Of a stretch of 64,000 nucleotides of DNA, positions 1 through 13,681 are shown piece by piece. The position numbers and the translations under genes are program-made. Positions within the stretch are counted from its first letter, which is position 1. Every line of letters begins with the position of its first letter. The notes under the pieces were generated by a model. The model searched no databases. It saw only the letters and a program-made list of their open reading frames with translations, and had not been told where the DNA came from. Where the stretch lies: positions 39,184,001 through 39,248,000 of the forward strand of contig OX597815.1 in assembly GCA_951406725.2 (NCBI GenBank). The letters run 5' to 3'. Source of the stretch: Octopus vulgaris (lineage: Eukaryota).

Positions 1-2119
1 CCTTTCATGCAACCCTGTTTCCAAAGATCAGGGTATGTACATAGAGAAAGAGAGGAAAGGAGAGATTGAAGAATTCGGTGAGGGCAGAAGCGAGTTCCAA
101 GGCTCTTTCTTTGAGATTACTGAAAAGGGCACTATCAAGATCTAAAGCCTAGTTGAGTTTGAAAGAAACCAGAAGTACTTTTGCAAAGATATTAGTGAAT
201 ATAAAAAAATTACTGAAATTTATTAGAGATGTGATAAGAGATTTTATGTTGTAGACCATGCATAAGTGCTCAACAGGTTAAATTAAGAATCACAGCCAAC
301 AGATAAAGTAGAAAATAGCTTTACGTGAAACCTACAACAGAGAGCAAACTATTAGTTTTGGTTATGTAATGCATGCCAAGCAATCTGGGAAAAAGATTTT
401 ATCAAAATATTTAATAGCATTAATCTTTCAAAAGTACTTAACAGCAATATTATTCTATGACTGTTGGGTGGGAAATGTTGACACTTAAATTTTGTTCCAG
501 AAAATCTATTGAAACTATTTCATATGCATAAACAGTACTTGTATGTTTCTTTGGTTTCTGTGTATAGCACAGAAATACATTAATATAGTTTATTCAAATA
601 TTATGTTTATCATAGAAATATATTTTTATATCATCTCTGAAAAGTCTTAAAATATCTCAGAAAATTTGGCAAAATATATATTGTTCTAAGACAAATATAT
701 TCACTTTAGACAAATTACACATTTCAGATTATTTCAAGGTGATGAGTGTGAAAACAGTGAGCTATAAGAATGCTACATTTTGTAGACTGTAATTACAAAC
801 TGCTTAAATACATGAATTGATTCTAATTCAATTAGGAGATAATGCTTCAAAAGCATACATTATGGCTAAATAACTGTTTCAATCTCGTATTTTAAAAGAC
901 AATGTTGACTAAATGAGTTTGAAAACAATTACGGGTGCAATTGCTAATGCTTTTATTTTGGTGTGCAATAATGGTATACAAAAGAGCAAAAACCTGATAA
1001 CAATGAATGCCTGATGTATTATTGTTTCATACTATTCACTAACTACTGTAAAACTGGCATTATATAAGTATTAATAATAACAGGATGGTACAATTGCATT
1101 GTGCAGTAATATAATAATAATAATGCCAGTTAGTATTACAGTAAAACACTAAAACTTTAAAGACAACTCAGTTTTTAAAAAATTAATCACTAATTTGACA
1201 ATATAGTACATTTTCTAATAAGAAAGATACAACTAATAGGATTCAAATCTGTGAGGCAAATCCTATGAATGAAATCTACTAAAACAAGATTAAAATAGAC
1301 CACATCAAGGTTTGAAAGCAACCCTACATTTTTACAAGCAATTCACAAACAAAGGTTGAATGAACATCTAACCAATTCTGCATCTTCTCTAAAAGAATAC
1401 CTATCAAATAAGAGGATAGCTGATTTCAATAAATCTGTATTCATTAGCTAACTATCAGCAACATCTTGACAAAATGTAACTTGAGAGATATATTTTTTCT
1501 ACTGTGGGTGGTATCAGGAATTATGACTGATATATGATAATTGTAATTTAACATTTATCAAATTTCCTGGTACTTAAATGAATACTAATTTTCCAAATAA
1601 AAATACTTATCTTCAAATTAAAACAAGTTTCTCATTTGAATAACTCCTCCCTTAATTACTCTCATTTACTACCTCTCCTCTTCTTCAGTTCATTGTGTGT
1701 ATGTGTGTGTGTAGCATTCCTCTACTCCTTGCATATCACCAAACCTTTTATCTACCCTCAACCTGATGTTAACTCTCACTGTATTTTTCCTTTCTTTCTT
1801 TCTTCTTTTTTACTTTCTATACGATGTAAAGGATGACTAGAGGAATCAACTAACAAAGCAACCAATATTTATATCAGCCATTATTATACAGAGATGATTA
1901 TTTCATCTTTTGTGGAGTAGGACAAGTGTAGCCAAAGTTAATAGGTAAATGAAATAACTACTTAATAGACATTCACAACAGACATTGATAAATTAACATC
2001 TTGTTAAGAGTATGGACACAGAAAGATGAGTCAACAAAGTGCCTCTCCACAATAACATGGTCTGCTAAAATTAGCAGCAAAATTCCCTAACAATCATCTA
2101 ACAAAAACTTAAAAGAAAT

Positions 2120-2770
2120 ATTGAATATTGTGGGAATTATATTCATAAACCTTGAATGCCGAACCGTTAAAGAAACAAAATGCTGGCTAGGTCACAGAGC
2201 CTATGTATTGTACAAAAACACTCAACTAGCACTTCCACAAAAATCTGCATTTCTCGCCAACTCTTTCAGTCTTTATCTCTTTACATGGTTTTCCCACACC
2301 TTCCCCAAAATATATACACACCTCATATGCAGATAACATGATACATCTCCCTACTACTCACTAGACACAGTTATATAACTATTTGAACCTTAGAAACCTG
2401 CAGCTTCAAACAACAAAATAGCAACTACTAAAATTCACTGTATCCCTTCTTCTTACTAGCGGCATGAGAAAACAAACATACCCCAGACACAGAAGACAGA
2501 AAATCTTAAGGGTTACATACAACACCATAGCTTATGTGAAAACAGTAAATGAAGTAAAATAATGCACAAACATACTGAGAACACTCATTGGTACCACATT
2601 TAGCCAACAGTAGGAAACAACAAGAATACTATGTACAAACGGTATGTTAATCAAAGATTATGTCAGCTCTACCAGGGCCTTACTAATTTCTGTGCATCAA
2701 CCCTATACTAGAGGGAACACAAAATGATGTAGTCACTATATAACATCATGCCCATAGATTACATATACAA
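2120..2770 (+). mobile_element. Degenerate LINE reverse transcriptase remnant (I/Ingi-like)
   Basis: Frameshifted motifs LPQKSAFL..SLYL (PQG motif), HTSYADNM (YADD), KILRVTY and LRTLIGTTFSQQ*ET. Confidence 0.6.
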
Positions 2771-2900
2771 AAACAAAAATGGAAAAGAAAAAAAAGGGGG
2801 GGAAAGACCACCTGCAGATGGAAGATGCTTCATTTGTTGATACATCTAACTTCAACCCTAAAAATCCATACTACAACATAAAAAATTACCTCAAACATCC

Positions 2901-2936
<36 letters not shown>

Positions 2937-2938
<2 letters not shown>

Positions 2939-3144
2939 TCTTTAACATGTTTCAGTCATTTGACTGCGGCCATGCTGGAGCACTGCCTTTAGTCGAGCAA
3001 ATCGACCCCGGGACTTATTCTTTGTAATCCCAGTACTTATTCTATCGGTCTCTTTTGCCGAACTGCTAAGTGACGGGAATGTAAACACACCAGCATTGGT
3101 TGTCAAGCAATGCTAGGGGGACAAACACAGACATACAAACACAT

Positions 3145-3189
<45 letters not shown>

Positions 3190-3348
3190 TACGACAGGCT
3201 TCTTTCAGTTTCCGTCTACCAAATCCACTCACAAGGCATTGGTCAGCCCGGGGCTATAGCAGAAGACACTTGCCCAAGATGCCATGCAGTGGGACTGAAC
3301 CCGGAACCATGTGGTTGGTAAGCAAGCTACTTACCACACAGCCACTCC
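2937..3348 (-). mobile_element. tRNA-derived SINE (family 1), near full length, with internal (TA)n
   Basis: Minus strand starts GGAGTGGCTGTGTGG (A box) ... GGTTCAGTCCC (B box), then a CORE-like ttgggcaagtgtctt. Related copies occur elsewhere in the window. Confidence 0.85.
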
Positions 3349-5224
3349 AACCCTGAACACAACAACAGCATCCTAAAATCATTATTTCTCTCACTCAGCC
3401 TAGACAATGAAGGAGGGGAAAAAACCCACCATATACCCTGAGAGAGCTGAAACAACCACATGCCGGCATATGCCTCTTTAATAACCCCAGTACGTTCTTT
3501 TATTAACCCTCAAAAGATGAAATGCAAAGTTGATCCCAGTGGGAATTGAACTCAGAGGTAAAAAAAACAAAAACAAAACATCTTGACTCTGCCAGTTTGC
3601 CCATCAATAAAAAATGAAGGCAAACACCAACCATCATGCTCTGATACCAGATCAAATAAATGAAAAAAGTCAATCAAATGAAGTCTCCCATGACCTTATC
3701 CAAAGATTACCTGAACTGAATCATGACAAACCAACATAACTACTCCTGAAAACAGTGCAATACAAGCCACAGCTAGGTGGTTCAATCTAGTTTGTCAATA
3801 CAGCACTCTGCTTGAACCACGGACATTTTTAACTGACACTCTACAACACTTTGCCATATCTAGCAATTTTCAAAAAAAGTTAGAAAAAATGGGTTTTTTT
3901 TTTTTTTACTTGAATTCAAAAATGGCTTTAAAATAAAAGACAATTTTGGCATTTTCTCTAGGAGGTAAAGAAGTCCATTTTAAATTATTTAAAAAACTTT
4001 TTCAGTATTTGTCAATAAACAAACCTAACTTAATTAAAAAATGTTGCCTTTGTTCAAAGAGGATTCAAGTCCAAAATAAAAACCATTCATTTAATACCAC
4101 GTTCAATTAGTCTAACAATAAGAGGATATACAATATCAAGATCCCTTTTCACTACATATTTATAATTTTGTGTATAGGAACCTTTTAAAATGTTCCAGAC
4201 ATCATCTTAATGATTTCCAAGAATATGTCTAAGAATTCCTGCTAGAAATAAAAACTAACAGCAGCAAATAAGACATTGTAGTTAGTAATCAAGACCATAT
4301 AACAAGACAATTTAGATATGCAGGTGGTCAGTATATTCTGATTGTGCTACTCTCAAATAAATAACCAATGCTATATATGGTTACATTTTATGTCAGTTCT
4401 CTTCTATTATGTAACATTGCAGTGTATGTGTGACACCATTAATCTTTCATTAGCAAAGCAGTAGATTGATGTTAATCTCATGACCTTGATACTTATAAAA
4501 AGAAAAATGACAATTTGATTTATTTAAAAAAAACAAAAACATATACATCTCATGATTTAAACCAGTAAAATATTTACGTGTTAACAATTATATAAATTTG
4601 CTTAAAGCATTATTGAAGGAAAAATATTGATAAAAAAAAAAAGACAACAATATGAAAAACCAAAAGAAATAACAAAATATTGACAAACTTATACAAATCA
4701 ATACCACAAAGAAACTCATGCTCCAACATGTTGATCAACTGGTTAGTTATTAATGGACAAATAAGAAAGAACAATGAAAAGAAAAGCACAAATGAAACCA
4801 AACTGCAGTTCACTATAAAGCATCGAGACAAAGTATAAGTAAAATCAATGAGATAATCTACTCTGATAGGCTCTGATATATGCTAAGTTTAGCAACATGC
4901 TGAAACATATATGAAGGAGGGAAATGATTTTCTCTTATTCTTTCTACCCATTTTATGTCCACACAACCATTGGTAGAATTCAGTCATTTTAATGTTAGCT
5001 TTTTTCATGCTTGCGTTGATCAGATAAAATTCTATAACCAGATACTCTTCCTGTTGACAACCCTTACTTGTTTCCAAGCAAGTCAATATCTTCTTTAGTC
5101 CTTCCAATATAAACATAGCATAAAGGCTGGCCATGTTTTCACAATAGATTGCAAGTGATACTACTTGTATGACGATGTTTGCTTACTGTAAGCATATGTC
5201 AAGGCAAAGAGATATGTACACACA

Positions 5225-5360
5225 TGACAGTTTCATCTACCAAATTCAATTACAAGACTTAAGTAAGCCCAAGACTATAGAGGACACTGCCCCAAAATGT
5301 CTCACAGTGAGACTGAATCCGTAACCAAATGGTTCTAAAGCCAAGTTAACCACATAACCA
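5225..5360 (-). mobile_element. Degenerate SINE family 1 head fragment
   Basis: Resembles 3205-3348 (tctaccaaattca...ctatagaggacactgccc...gactgaa). Confidence 0.55.
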
Positions 5361-5594
5361 TACATAGGTTTGTAAAGTTTAGATATTTCCTCATTACCAA
5401 CAAACTGTGAAATGATGGAAACAGCATTTATTTTAAGTTGGACTGATTTAAGCATGCACAATGAACATTTAATCAAGAGACAATCCTTTGACTGTAGTAA
5501 ATTTGGAAAAGGTTGTTGTATATGACTGTAGTTCAGCAACTAAAACTCAATGTAAACTTCAATTTACTTAAGTGATGTAAATAAAGCAACTTAC

Positions 5595-5725
5595 TGTGCT
5601 ATGTCAGTAAAGCCACATGAAGCTGTAGCATGAAGAGGTGTCCAACCTTCATTATCACAGACATCAACATCAGCACCATTATCAACAAGAAACTTCACCA
5701 TGTCAATTTTGTCATCAATACATGC
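5595..5725 (-). CDS. PPP1R12A: Internal coding exon (ankyrin repeats) of myosin phosphatase targeting subunit, PPP1R12/MYPT1/Mbs family
   Basis: Minus strand reads tttcag|GCATGT...GCACA|gtaagt with canonical splice sites, 131 bp, phase 0 to phase 2. Translation ACIDDKIDMVKFLVDNGADVDVCDNEGWTPLHATASCGFTDIA closely resembles MYPT1/Drosophila Mbs (ACIDD..DMV.FLV..GA.....DNEGW.PLHA.ASCG). Missed by the ORF track. The A/B/C paralog label is nominal for an invertebrate. Confidence 0.92.
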
Positions 5726-5789
5726 CTGAAATTAGAAAAAATTAAAAGCATTTAATATTAATAAGCACACACATGCACATTTATATATT

Positions 5790-8320
5790 TCCTTGTTATT
5801 TTGTTTTATTTTTCTGTATGGTGTTAGATTACTGTACATTATGTTTGAGAAAGAGATCATTCTGTTTTTGAGTATTGCTTACATTTTGGTGGCAGCTATA
5901 TTCTGTTGAGACAAGTTGCTCTGGTGTAGAACAAACATTACAAGACATACATTAAACAAATTGCGTTTTGGGTAAGTTTCCGGTGACATTATAACAAAAC
6001 TGTTTGCTGAAAATTTTATATAGTTACATAGTAAATTGAGAATATATTTTCTGTGTTTAACATTAATAATAGAACATAGCTAACAAAATGACAAGAAACA
6101 TTAACCCTTTACCTTTAGTGCTTGCAAAATAAAGAACATGGGAAAGAGATGATGTACTGGGATGCAGCATACAATGTTGAGAAGAAATTGGTAGTTACAT
6201 TATTTCAGTCCATGACAAGCAATGCCACAGAAGGCACTTGAAAATGGATCCAGAAAAATTTTTACTGACCATACAAAACTATGACAAATTAGGTGAGTTA
6301 TCTAAAGCTCAAACAATATTCAGGTTTTAACCATATTTGACTATCAGATATCTCAAAAGCAGACTATTTGATTGAATTTGACAAAATAATTGCACAACTG
6401 AAAACATTCAAAAATATTGTTTCTTGAACATGTACTTGCATTTAAAGCTTTTCAAAGAGCAAATATGACAGCAGAGAATGAGAAACAGTAAGTGGTTTGA
6501 CATTCAAAGTAATGACTATGCAACTCATGTTCGTGACTGAAAATAAGTCAATGACAATATTCAAGGAACATTAAGATTAAGAAGGAAACAGTAGCAGATT
6601 CCAGTTGTGGGTTTCTCATTGACAACTGTTTCCAATGAGACTGTAGTTATGGACCTAAAAAAAATTCATGGACATAAAATCCTTCATCTGATAAATTATG
6701 CAACCAAATACAGTGTGGCTGTGAAGATTCTTGACAAGAGATGCATCATATGTAATCCCAAGTGCAACTTTTTAAGCACTATTTTTCATCGTCTAAGAAT
6801 TTTCTAACTGAATGTTTGACAACTAAAATCTAAATTCTTATGGACATACATCTAACCAGTTAGGTTTGTAAAATAATTCAAGTCTAGCATATATGTTGCT
6901 TAATCAGCCACTGGCTTTGCACAGAATCTCTACAACTCAGATTCATGGACAATTTGAACGAGATGAATGCACTAGGAAAACCTACTTCAAAAGTGAGTCT
7001 ATTGAAAAGACTAGAAGAGCTTCAAGACACCAGATATCACAATGGTGACCATGTGTAACACAAAAGAAATATGACTGAAAGATAGACAGGTCCTGGTTTA
7101 GTTAATGGTTTAGAAAAACAAGTAATGGTCAAACATATTAGAACATATGAGAGAATTTGCCTCTATTTGATGAATCATTTGTTAAATAATGATTGCAGGA
7201 TCTCAGGAAACTTGCTGGATTTTGATAAGAGTAAGAATAATTTGAATAAAGCTAGCAAAGCAAAAATATTTGCAAATAAGTGCGAAGTAGTCAAACTGGT
7301 GATGAGAGGAAGGATTAGTTATTGATCAGGGTCTAAGCGCATAGCACCAAAGAAGGACTGTCTGGCTTGACTGAGTTCCCTAGTTGCTCCAAAGGTTTTA
7401 GAGCCATTTTAATGTAATATGCAGCTGAATGAACAAAGTGGCATTCAGGGAGAAAGTGAAACAAATGAAGACAGGGTGTCACTTTAAAAGGTCATAAGTA
7501 ACAAAAATGCCCTTCAGTGTTCATGGTTTTAGTTCAAATCAACAAGCTTTTAGGAATTTCAACCTATTTTCCTTTCTAAATAACAAACTTCCTACTTTTG
7601 ATAGTTATCCCATTGTAACAAGTCATTTGAATTGCTAGAATAGCACTCATAGAGTGTGAATCTTACAAAGACATACACTTCAAAAACCAAATTAGCAGGG
7701 CACTTGTCCTAACTTTACAAAAATATGGTTGTCTATCAAAGATATAAGTGTAATAGATGGCTTAGACCAGAAATTCTCATAGAACAGAAGTATAAAAAAG
7801 TGCTCATCAAACAAGGAGGCACACTTATAAGAGTGCATCCATCCTGTTTAGTATACTATCCTGAAGCACATGAAAGTTCTTCAGAAGATGAACTTACCCT
7901 ACAAAACTGGTGTAATGATACTTAAAGAGTATCTACTTACAAAGAGAATGCTATGAAGTTTGAACCAGAAATTCCAACAGATGATAAATGTTGAACAGCA
8001 TCAAACTACAAGAACAAGATATAGAAGATCTAAACAAAAATCTATTTCTAAATGATTGGGCTTCCAAAACAAGGACAAACTATTAAAAGGTAACAAGCAG
8101 AGCAGGTAAAGCCATAAGTTAGAACAAATACCTAATGAATGTGAAAGAAAATGTAATAATTTTCTCTTCAAATATTGATTTGAACAAAGCAAAGACAACT
8201 TCAAAGTTGGACTAAAAATTGGATGTATTCACTGCTACTTGGATAGTAGACGCATAACAAGGTGTTCAGGATAAAGATGTTAACTAGTATTAGAACTGAT
8301 TCTCCTACATGTTTCGGAGT
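5790..8320 (+). mobile_element. Degenerate GalEa-like Ty1/copia LTR retrotransposon remnants (gag, integrase, start of RT)
   Basis: Gag-like DYLIEFDKIIAQLK...VLAFK (~6362-6450). Integrase GFSLTTVSNETVVMDLK..GHKILHLINYATKYS (6607-). C-terminal KSESIEKTRRASRHQI and VLIKQGGTLIRVHPSCL. RT start IRTDSPTC (~8290). Order is integrase before RT, as in copia. Possible PBS tggtggcagc near 5887. Confidence 0.75.
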
Positions 8321-9169
8321 GGACCATCAAGTTGTTTTTTTTTCTTGTGGCAATCACAAGATAAGGCTGTTCTCCAATAAACACAAGACAATAACCTTAT
8401 TTTTATGGCAACTGGTACTCATGGCAAAAAACATCAAGTGTGCTATGACATCAGCTAGGAACACGGTTATATAATGCAGGGATATTCTTCCTGCCAAATA
8501 TGCTTTACTATATAACTACAGCCTACCTCAATTTGATTAAGTGTCGTCACACCAAAATGACCAGACTCTAACAAGACATCATGATACCAATCTTTTCACT
8601 GCTGAACAAACTAGGCTTCTTGCCAAAATATTCTTTTGGTTAAAAACTTACATGGAAGTAACATTAAGGTATGGTCAAACTTAGAGACTTTTTTTTTTTA
8701 ATATTTCCTTGCATACACTAAGAATTCTTTCTAGTGTGATGTGCAACTTATTTTTTTTTTCATCATATAAAAATATCCAGAAATTTTAACTGTACTTTCT
8801 GGCACTTGCATCTTATATCTTGAAAGTAGACGATATGTTGTATAGGGTGAAATCTACATTTCTCACCTCTTGCATCTCCCATCTAAACAGGCATTCTTAT
8901 TTACTCAAATGTACTGAATGTTTCTAGCCATTATATGTGACATTTTAACACTTTTCCATGCTACCATGGATCTGACAGAATATGTTAAGGCAGATTTTCT
9001 ATGGCTGGATGCCCTTCCTGTTGCTAACCCTCACCTGTTTCCAAACAAGGGGTATTTCCCCGTAGTAGGAGATGTTTTCACATAAGGCTGGGAATTAAGG
9101 ATCTTACTTGTATGAAGATGATGCCCATTTACAACTATCACAGGATGTGAAGACAAAGAGATATAAATA

Positions 9170-9325
9170 CACACACACACGCAAAGTGATTTCAAGTTCC
9201 CTCTACCAAATCCACTTTGGTTGGCCTTGGGCTATAGAAGAAACTTGCTCAATGTATCATGCAAGGAGACTGAACACAAAATCATATGGCTGGAAAGTAA
9301 ACTTCTAAAGCCATACAGCCATGCT
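9170..9325 (-). mobile_element. Degenerate SINE family 1 head
   Basis: ctctaccaaatccac...gctatagaagaaacttgc...gactgaac...catacagccatgc, matching 3205-3348. Confidence 0.65.
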
Positions 9326-10755
9326 CGAAGAGTAGCTTCAAAATATGGTCTTTCCAAATTTACATAGCACTGTGGAAACAAACTGCAAGGTATTATTATT
9401 GTTCATGTTGACTTCAACTTTGCAAGTTCAAAGAACTTTCAGAGCCGAGTCAGACAGGCATAATAAATTACTTCCAGTTTGGATTAGATATTAAAAAGAA
9501 TGGGGAGGGTATAAAACTTGGGACAAGGTAATTATCTAAAGCAATTAAAATATATATACAGCAATGGAAAATAAGTTGAAAAGATAAAGATATCAACAAC
9601 AGAGATTACAGAAATTAAGTGAAAGGTCAACTAAATTGATTAGTTACAGAAACAAGACTAGAGTTTAGTTATAATGTTGGGATGAAGTTCCTTTCTAAAA
9701 CAGGAAGGTACAGAGTATATTAGATAAGTTAATAATACAGTAAATAAAGCAAAGGGAAAAAATCTCAAATAGTTATTCAAGAATTAGCAAATCTTGATTG
9801 TTTACCAATATTTGCATAGTGATGCCTTTTACCTCATTAATCAACAAGATAGGGTATTACAAGGAAACTCCATTACCTTTGTGGTTAATGACAAATAATT
9901 TTATGCCCATTGATTGGCAAAATAAAGGCATTAGAATTGTCAAAAGTACCCAGTTGTACAGTTGCAGAAACTTTGGCAATGGTTAATATGGTGGAAGTGC
10001 GTTTTTATATATAGATAGATTAGAGAGAGGGAGAGAGAGAGAGAGAGAGAGAGAACTTAGTGGGACTAAAACAGACTGAGGATAACACTGGAAATATAAA
10101 AACTTAAAAGTGATAAGTAAACAAAATTGCAAAAATTTCGATTCCAACAGATTACAAATTGCTAACTCACACACACACACACACACAGAAAAGGAATTAT
10201 CTTTTAAGATTCTTGGATTCATAACAGGGGCCTAAAGACCATTAAGTGTAATTGTTCAAGCTACATTTTCTCTTGTTCTTTTGCAGCCAAAAACTTGGTG
10301 TTAGCATTAAGCCACAGCTGCAAGGCATCCAATAAAGACAGGAAAAAAACCAAAAAAAAAAACACGGAAATATTGTTAATAATTGAAGGGAGACAATTCA
10401 TCCCTAATTACCATCCCAAGAGAAATAAGAAGGGACTTGGATGCAGAGGCAGGAACATTTGTTGATAAGTCAATTCCCTTACTGCTTTCTTCTATGTCTA
10501 AAAGTGCTGTTATCTTATATTTAACATTTACTATCAAAGGAACTGAAGTCAGTAGGACTAGTGAAGCACTTATAAATTTTACAGTCCAGCCAGTTTAGAA
10601 CAATGAACTACATCACACCATGGTATCCACATACATATTTAAGAGTTAAATAAAAGTAGTCAAAGTTTACAAACTGCTAACCACTAAGATACCAATATCT
10701 TTTCATAACTTGACCACTCACACTCCAAACTTAGAAAACATCCACACAAACATAC

Positions 10756-11645
10756 TATTAGGTTGTCAAGAAAGTTCTTGCAGAATTTTTAATTTTAGTT
10801 TTAAATTATATATTTTCAAATTAATTTTCATAAAATTATTTTGACTTTATATATCATTTTAAAGCCCGTTTTTCGCTCTATCTAATCGTGTTACATTTTT
10901 TCTTTTTGAATAATTAGGCCATTTTTTGAAGAACGTGGACAAAAAGCAAATTTGCACAATTTTCTTATGTTCAAGCTAGGCCGAAAAGCTATTGAAACAG
11001 CTTGCAATATCAACAATGTATTTGGCCCAGGAACCATTAATGTATGTACAGCACAATGGTGGTTCAAGAAATTTCATAGCGGGGACGAGAGTCTTGAAGA
11101 TGAGAAGCGTAGTGGTTAGCCATCGGATGTTGGCAACGATCAACTAAGAGCCTTAGTAGAAGCCAATCCATACACAACTGAGAGCTTATTTCTGAATTAG
11201 ACGTAACATATACAACAATTTCCAACCACTCGAGAGATTGGAAAAACAAAAATACTTGAGAAATGGGTGCTGCACAAATTGAACAACAACCAAAAAAAAC
11301 GCTGTTTTGAAGTGTCATCTTCCCTCCTTTTACGCAACAAGAATGACCCGTTTCTTGACCAGATTGTGACTTGCAATGAAAAGTGCAATCTTTACGATAA
11401 GGCTCAGCACAGTGGTTGGTTTTGCACTTCCATAAGCCAAAATTGCACCAAAAGAAGGTCATAGTGACTATTCATCCCTAATTATCCATCACAGCTTTTT
11501 GGATCCAGGTGAAACCATTACAGCAGAGAAGTACTGTCAGCAAATGGATGAAATGCATAAGAAACTCCAACAATAACAGCCAGCATTGGTCAACAGAAAA
11601 GGACCAATTCTTCTCCACGTCAACGCTCAGCCACACATCGCACTC
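10756..11645 (+). mobile_element. mariner (Hsmar1/SETMAR-like) transposon, 3'-truncated pseudogene
   Basis: TA followed by ttaggttg terminal repeat start. Degenerate transposase with AQWWFKKFHSGDESLEDE, KWVLHKL (WVPHEL), FLDQIVTCNEK (TCDEKW), GETITAEKYCQQMDEM and GPILLHVNAQPH (HDNARPH). Confidence 0.9.
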
Positions 11646-11900
11646 AATTTCATAAGCATACGCAATTTCATTTTTACCAAATAATTTAGGAAAATTAATG
11701 GGTTATTTCCCTTGGCTATATATAAGGATCCCTTCCAGGGGCTCTATTATCGATTTGTTCAACAATCTGAGTATGCCATGAGGTTTCTAGACATGAGGTC
11801 TCACATATCAAGTTTCATCAAAATCGATAAAACGATGTAGGAGGAGTTAGCTAACAACTCCACAAACGCACCCACAGACAGAATATCCCACATCTATATA
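11646..11900 (-). mobile_element. Possible non-autonomous Helitron-type fragment truncating the mariner
   Basis: aagtttcatcaaaatcg...ggaggagttag...cacagacaga layout parallels the end of the 13141-13650 element; the termini are degraded. Confidence 0.4.
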
Positions 11901-13140
11901 AAAACACTCCAATCATATGTGTGTATGAACTTCCTGTATTTTTCCATTCAGTAATCTAAGCTTGAATGAGCTAGGCTTCAGTGAGAAACCTGCAAAACTG
12001 AGTCACAGCTGAACAGAAGCTGCAACACATTAGGACAAGTGTGTGTGTGTGTGTACTGCTTCCAGCAAGCCCACCTTATTGCTCATCGCTACACCTCCCC
12101 TCCAGGACTGCCATCTTTTCATCACTAACAGCACACTCTCTTGGGTTTACAGTGATCCACCATCATTTACCTTTTACTCACCACTCACACTTACACCTCC
12201 AGGATGCCCTCTAAGCCTTTCTCCTGTACTAGCCATTACTTCTACCCACCATTCTCTCCTTCTTCACTGTCTTGCTAGCTACAATGTTTTCACAGCATTC
12301 ACACAGTGTTTTCCGTCTTACTATAGTACCCACCAGCATCTACTTACCTCTTATTTTTTCCCCTCTCCCATCGCTTCCCTGCTTCTTCAACCCCAACATA
12401 TCTAAGTGTTTACCCTCTGACTCACCTGCATGCCAACACTTTCCCTCCACTCTGGTCTACTGCTCGTTCCTTGGTACCTTGTGTTCATGCTCACCCCTCA
12501 TGTTAGAGAACACTAGACTTCCCCCAAAACAACCCACTGTACCACCTTTTCAGCTACATCTTTTCTTTTCTCTTAATCCAGTCACTGATCACTTCCTTCT
12601 CCCTTATTTCCTGCCATAAGATTGTTGTAACACCATACCTTTTTCCTTTTAATTTTCTGTGTCTTTTACTCTGTAAATTTGCTTCGTTAATATATAACTA
12701 TCTATATATTTATACTTGAATATTCAGTATCTGAAAATTTTCAGTCTTTGTTTTCTAGATTATATGCGCGCACGCGGTGCGGTCTTCTGTCTGTCAGCTC
12801 CTGTCAAATGATGATGATGTTGCATATCTAACCCAAGCAGGTTTGTTTATCGACATCATTATCGCCTATTCATCACATATAAAAAGCAAGTATACTCAGC
12901 TAAATGTATAATGTCAGTGTGCACGAGGAACTAGGCACACATGACCAGAAAGATAAATTTTGTTAAACCTTCTACAAAAGTTAAATAATTGTAACAAGTG
13001 ACAAGAAAATGTGCAAAAGAAGATCCACCCAATTCATGTAAGTGTAGAGAAGTGGACACAAACATCACAAAATATCTTTACTACAAAAGGGTTGGTGGCA
13101 TGAAGAGCATATGGGAGCTTTAAGCTAGTATTATTTAAAA

Positions 13141-13650
13141 CCAGCAGTATCGCCCGGCGTTGCTCGGGTTTGTAAGGGAAATAACTATATAAGCATTTTT
13201 AGAGAGTTACTTCCATTATAGATGCCAATTCGGGCTTTCTTAGCCATTTCTGTTTTGGTGTCTTCAAGCCATGAAGTCGTTGTTCTAAAAGAACGCTGGT
13301 CTCCTTGACAACGCTTTACGACGTTGATTTCCTTACACTCCCTTCCCCACAGCTTCACGAGGGAGGGAAGAAAGGGGAGAAGCAAACAGGTGCAGGTGTG
13401 ACCATGGACGCCAACTCCGCCGCCATCGACACACGAAAAATTATGCATTAAAATGGAATAAAAAATGTTAAATTATTTTTAAAATCGTAGACTCATCGTA
13501 GACGCGCGCTAATACTCAGACGGGCTCGATATGAATCACGACTATAAGATACCCGAATTTGGTTAAACTGCACCGCAAAATGTGGGAGTAGTTAGGAATC
13601 TAAATCGAAGGGGACAGACACTCACACAACTACAGTTTTATATATATAGA
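13141..13650 (-). mobile_element. Complete non-autonomous Helitron (510 bp)
   Basis: Minus strand: A|TCTATATAT ... CCCGAGCAACGCCGGG hairpin ... CTGG|T. This gives 5' TC, subterminal hairpin, 3' CTRR, an A/T insertion site and no TSD. CpG-rich relative to its flanks. Confidence 0.88.
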
Positions 13651-13681
13651 TTACAGATGTGTGAGAATATATATGTATATA

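Noticed and set aside
60-470. Possible Penelope-like RT remnant (LYVKPT motif)
   Set aside because: Only one short motif; too degraded to support a call.
3270-3348. tRNA gene
   Set aside because: The A and B boxes belong to a multicopy SINE head; no complete cloverleaf is evident.
3637-3648. gctctgatacca, reverse complement of a tRNA-Met primer binding site
   Set aside because: No adjacent LTR or gag/pol sequence is recognisable; probably chance.
10383-10598. Region open on both strands for ~70 codons, possible exon
   Set aside because: No recognisable homology to PPP1R12 or other proteins and no convincing splice-site pair.
11267-11464. SETMAR-like host gene
   Set aside because: No SET domain, and multiple stops and frameshifts; it is a dead mariner copy.
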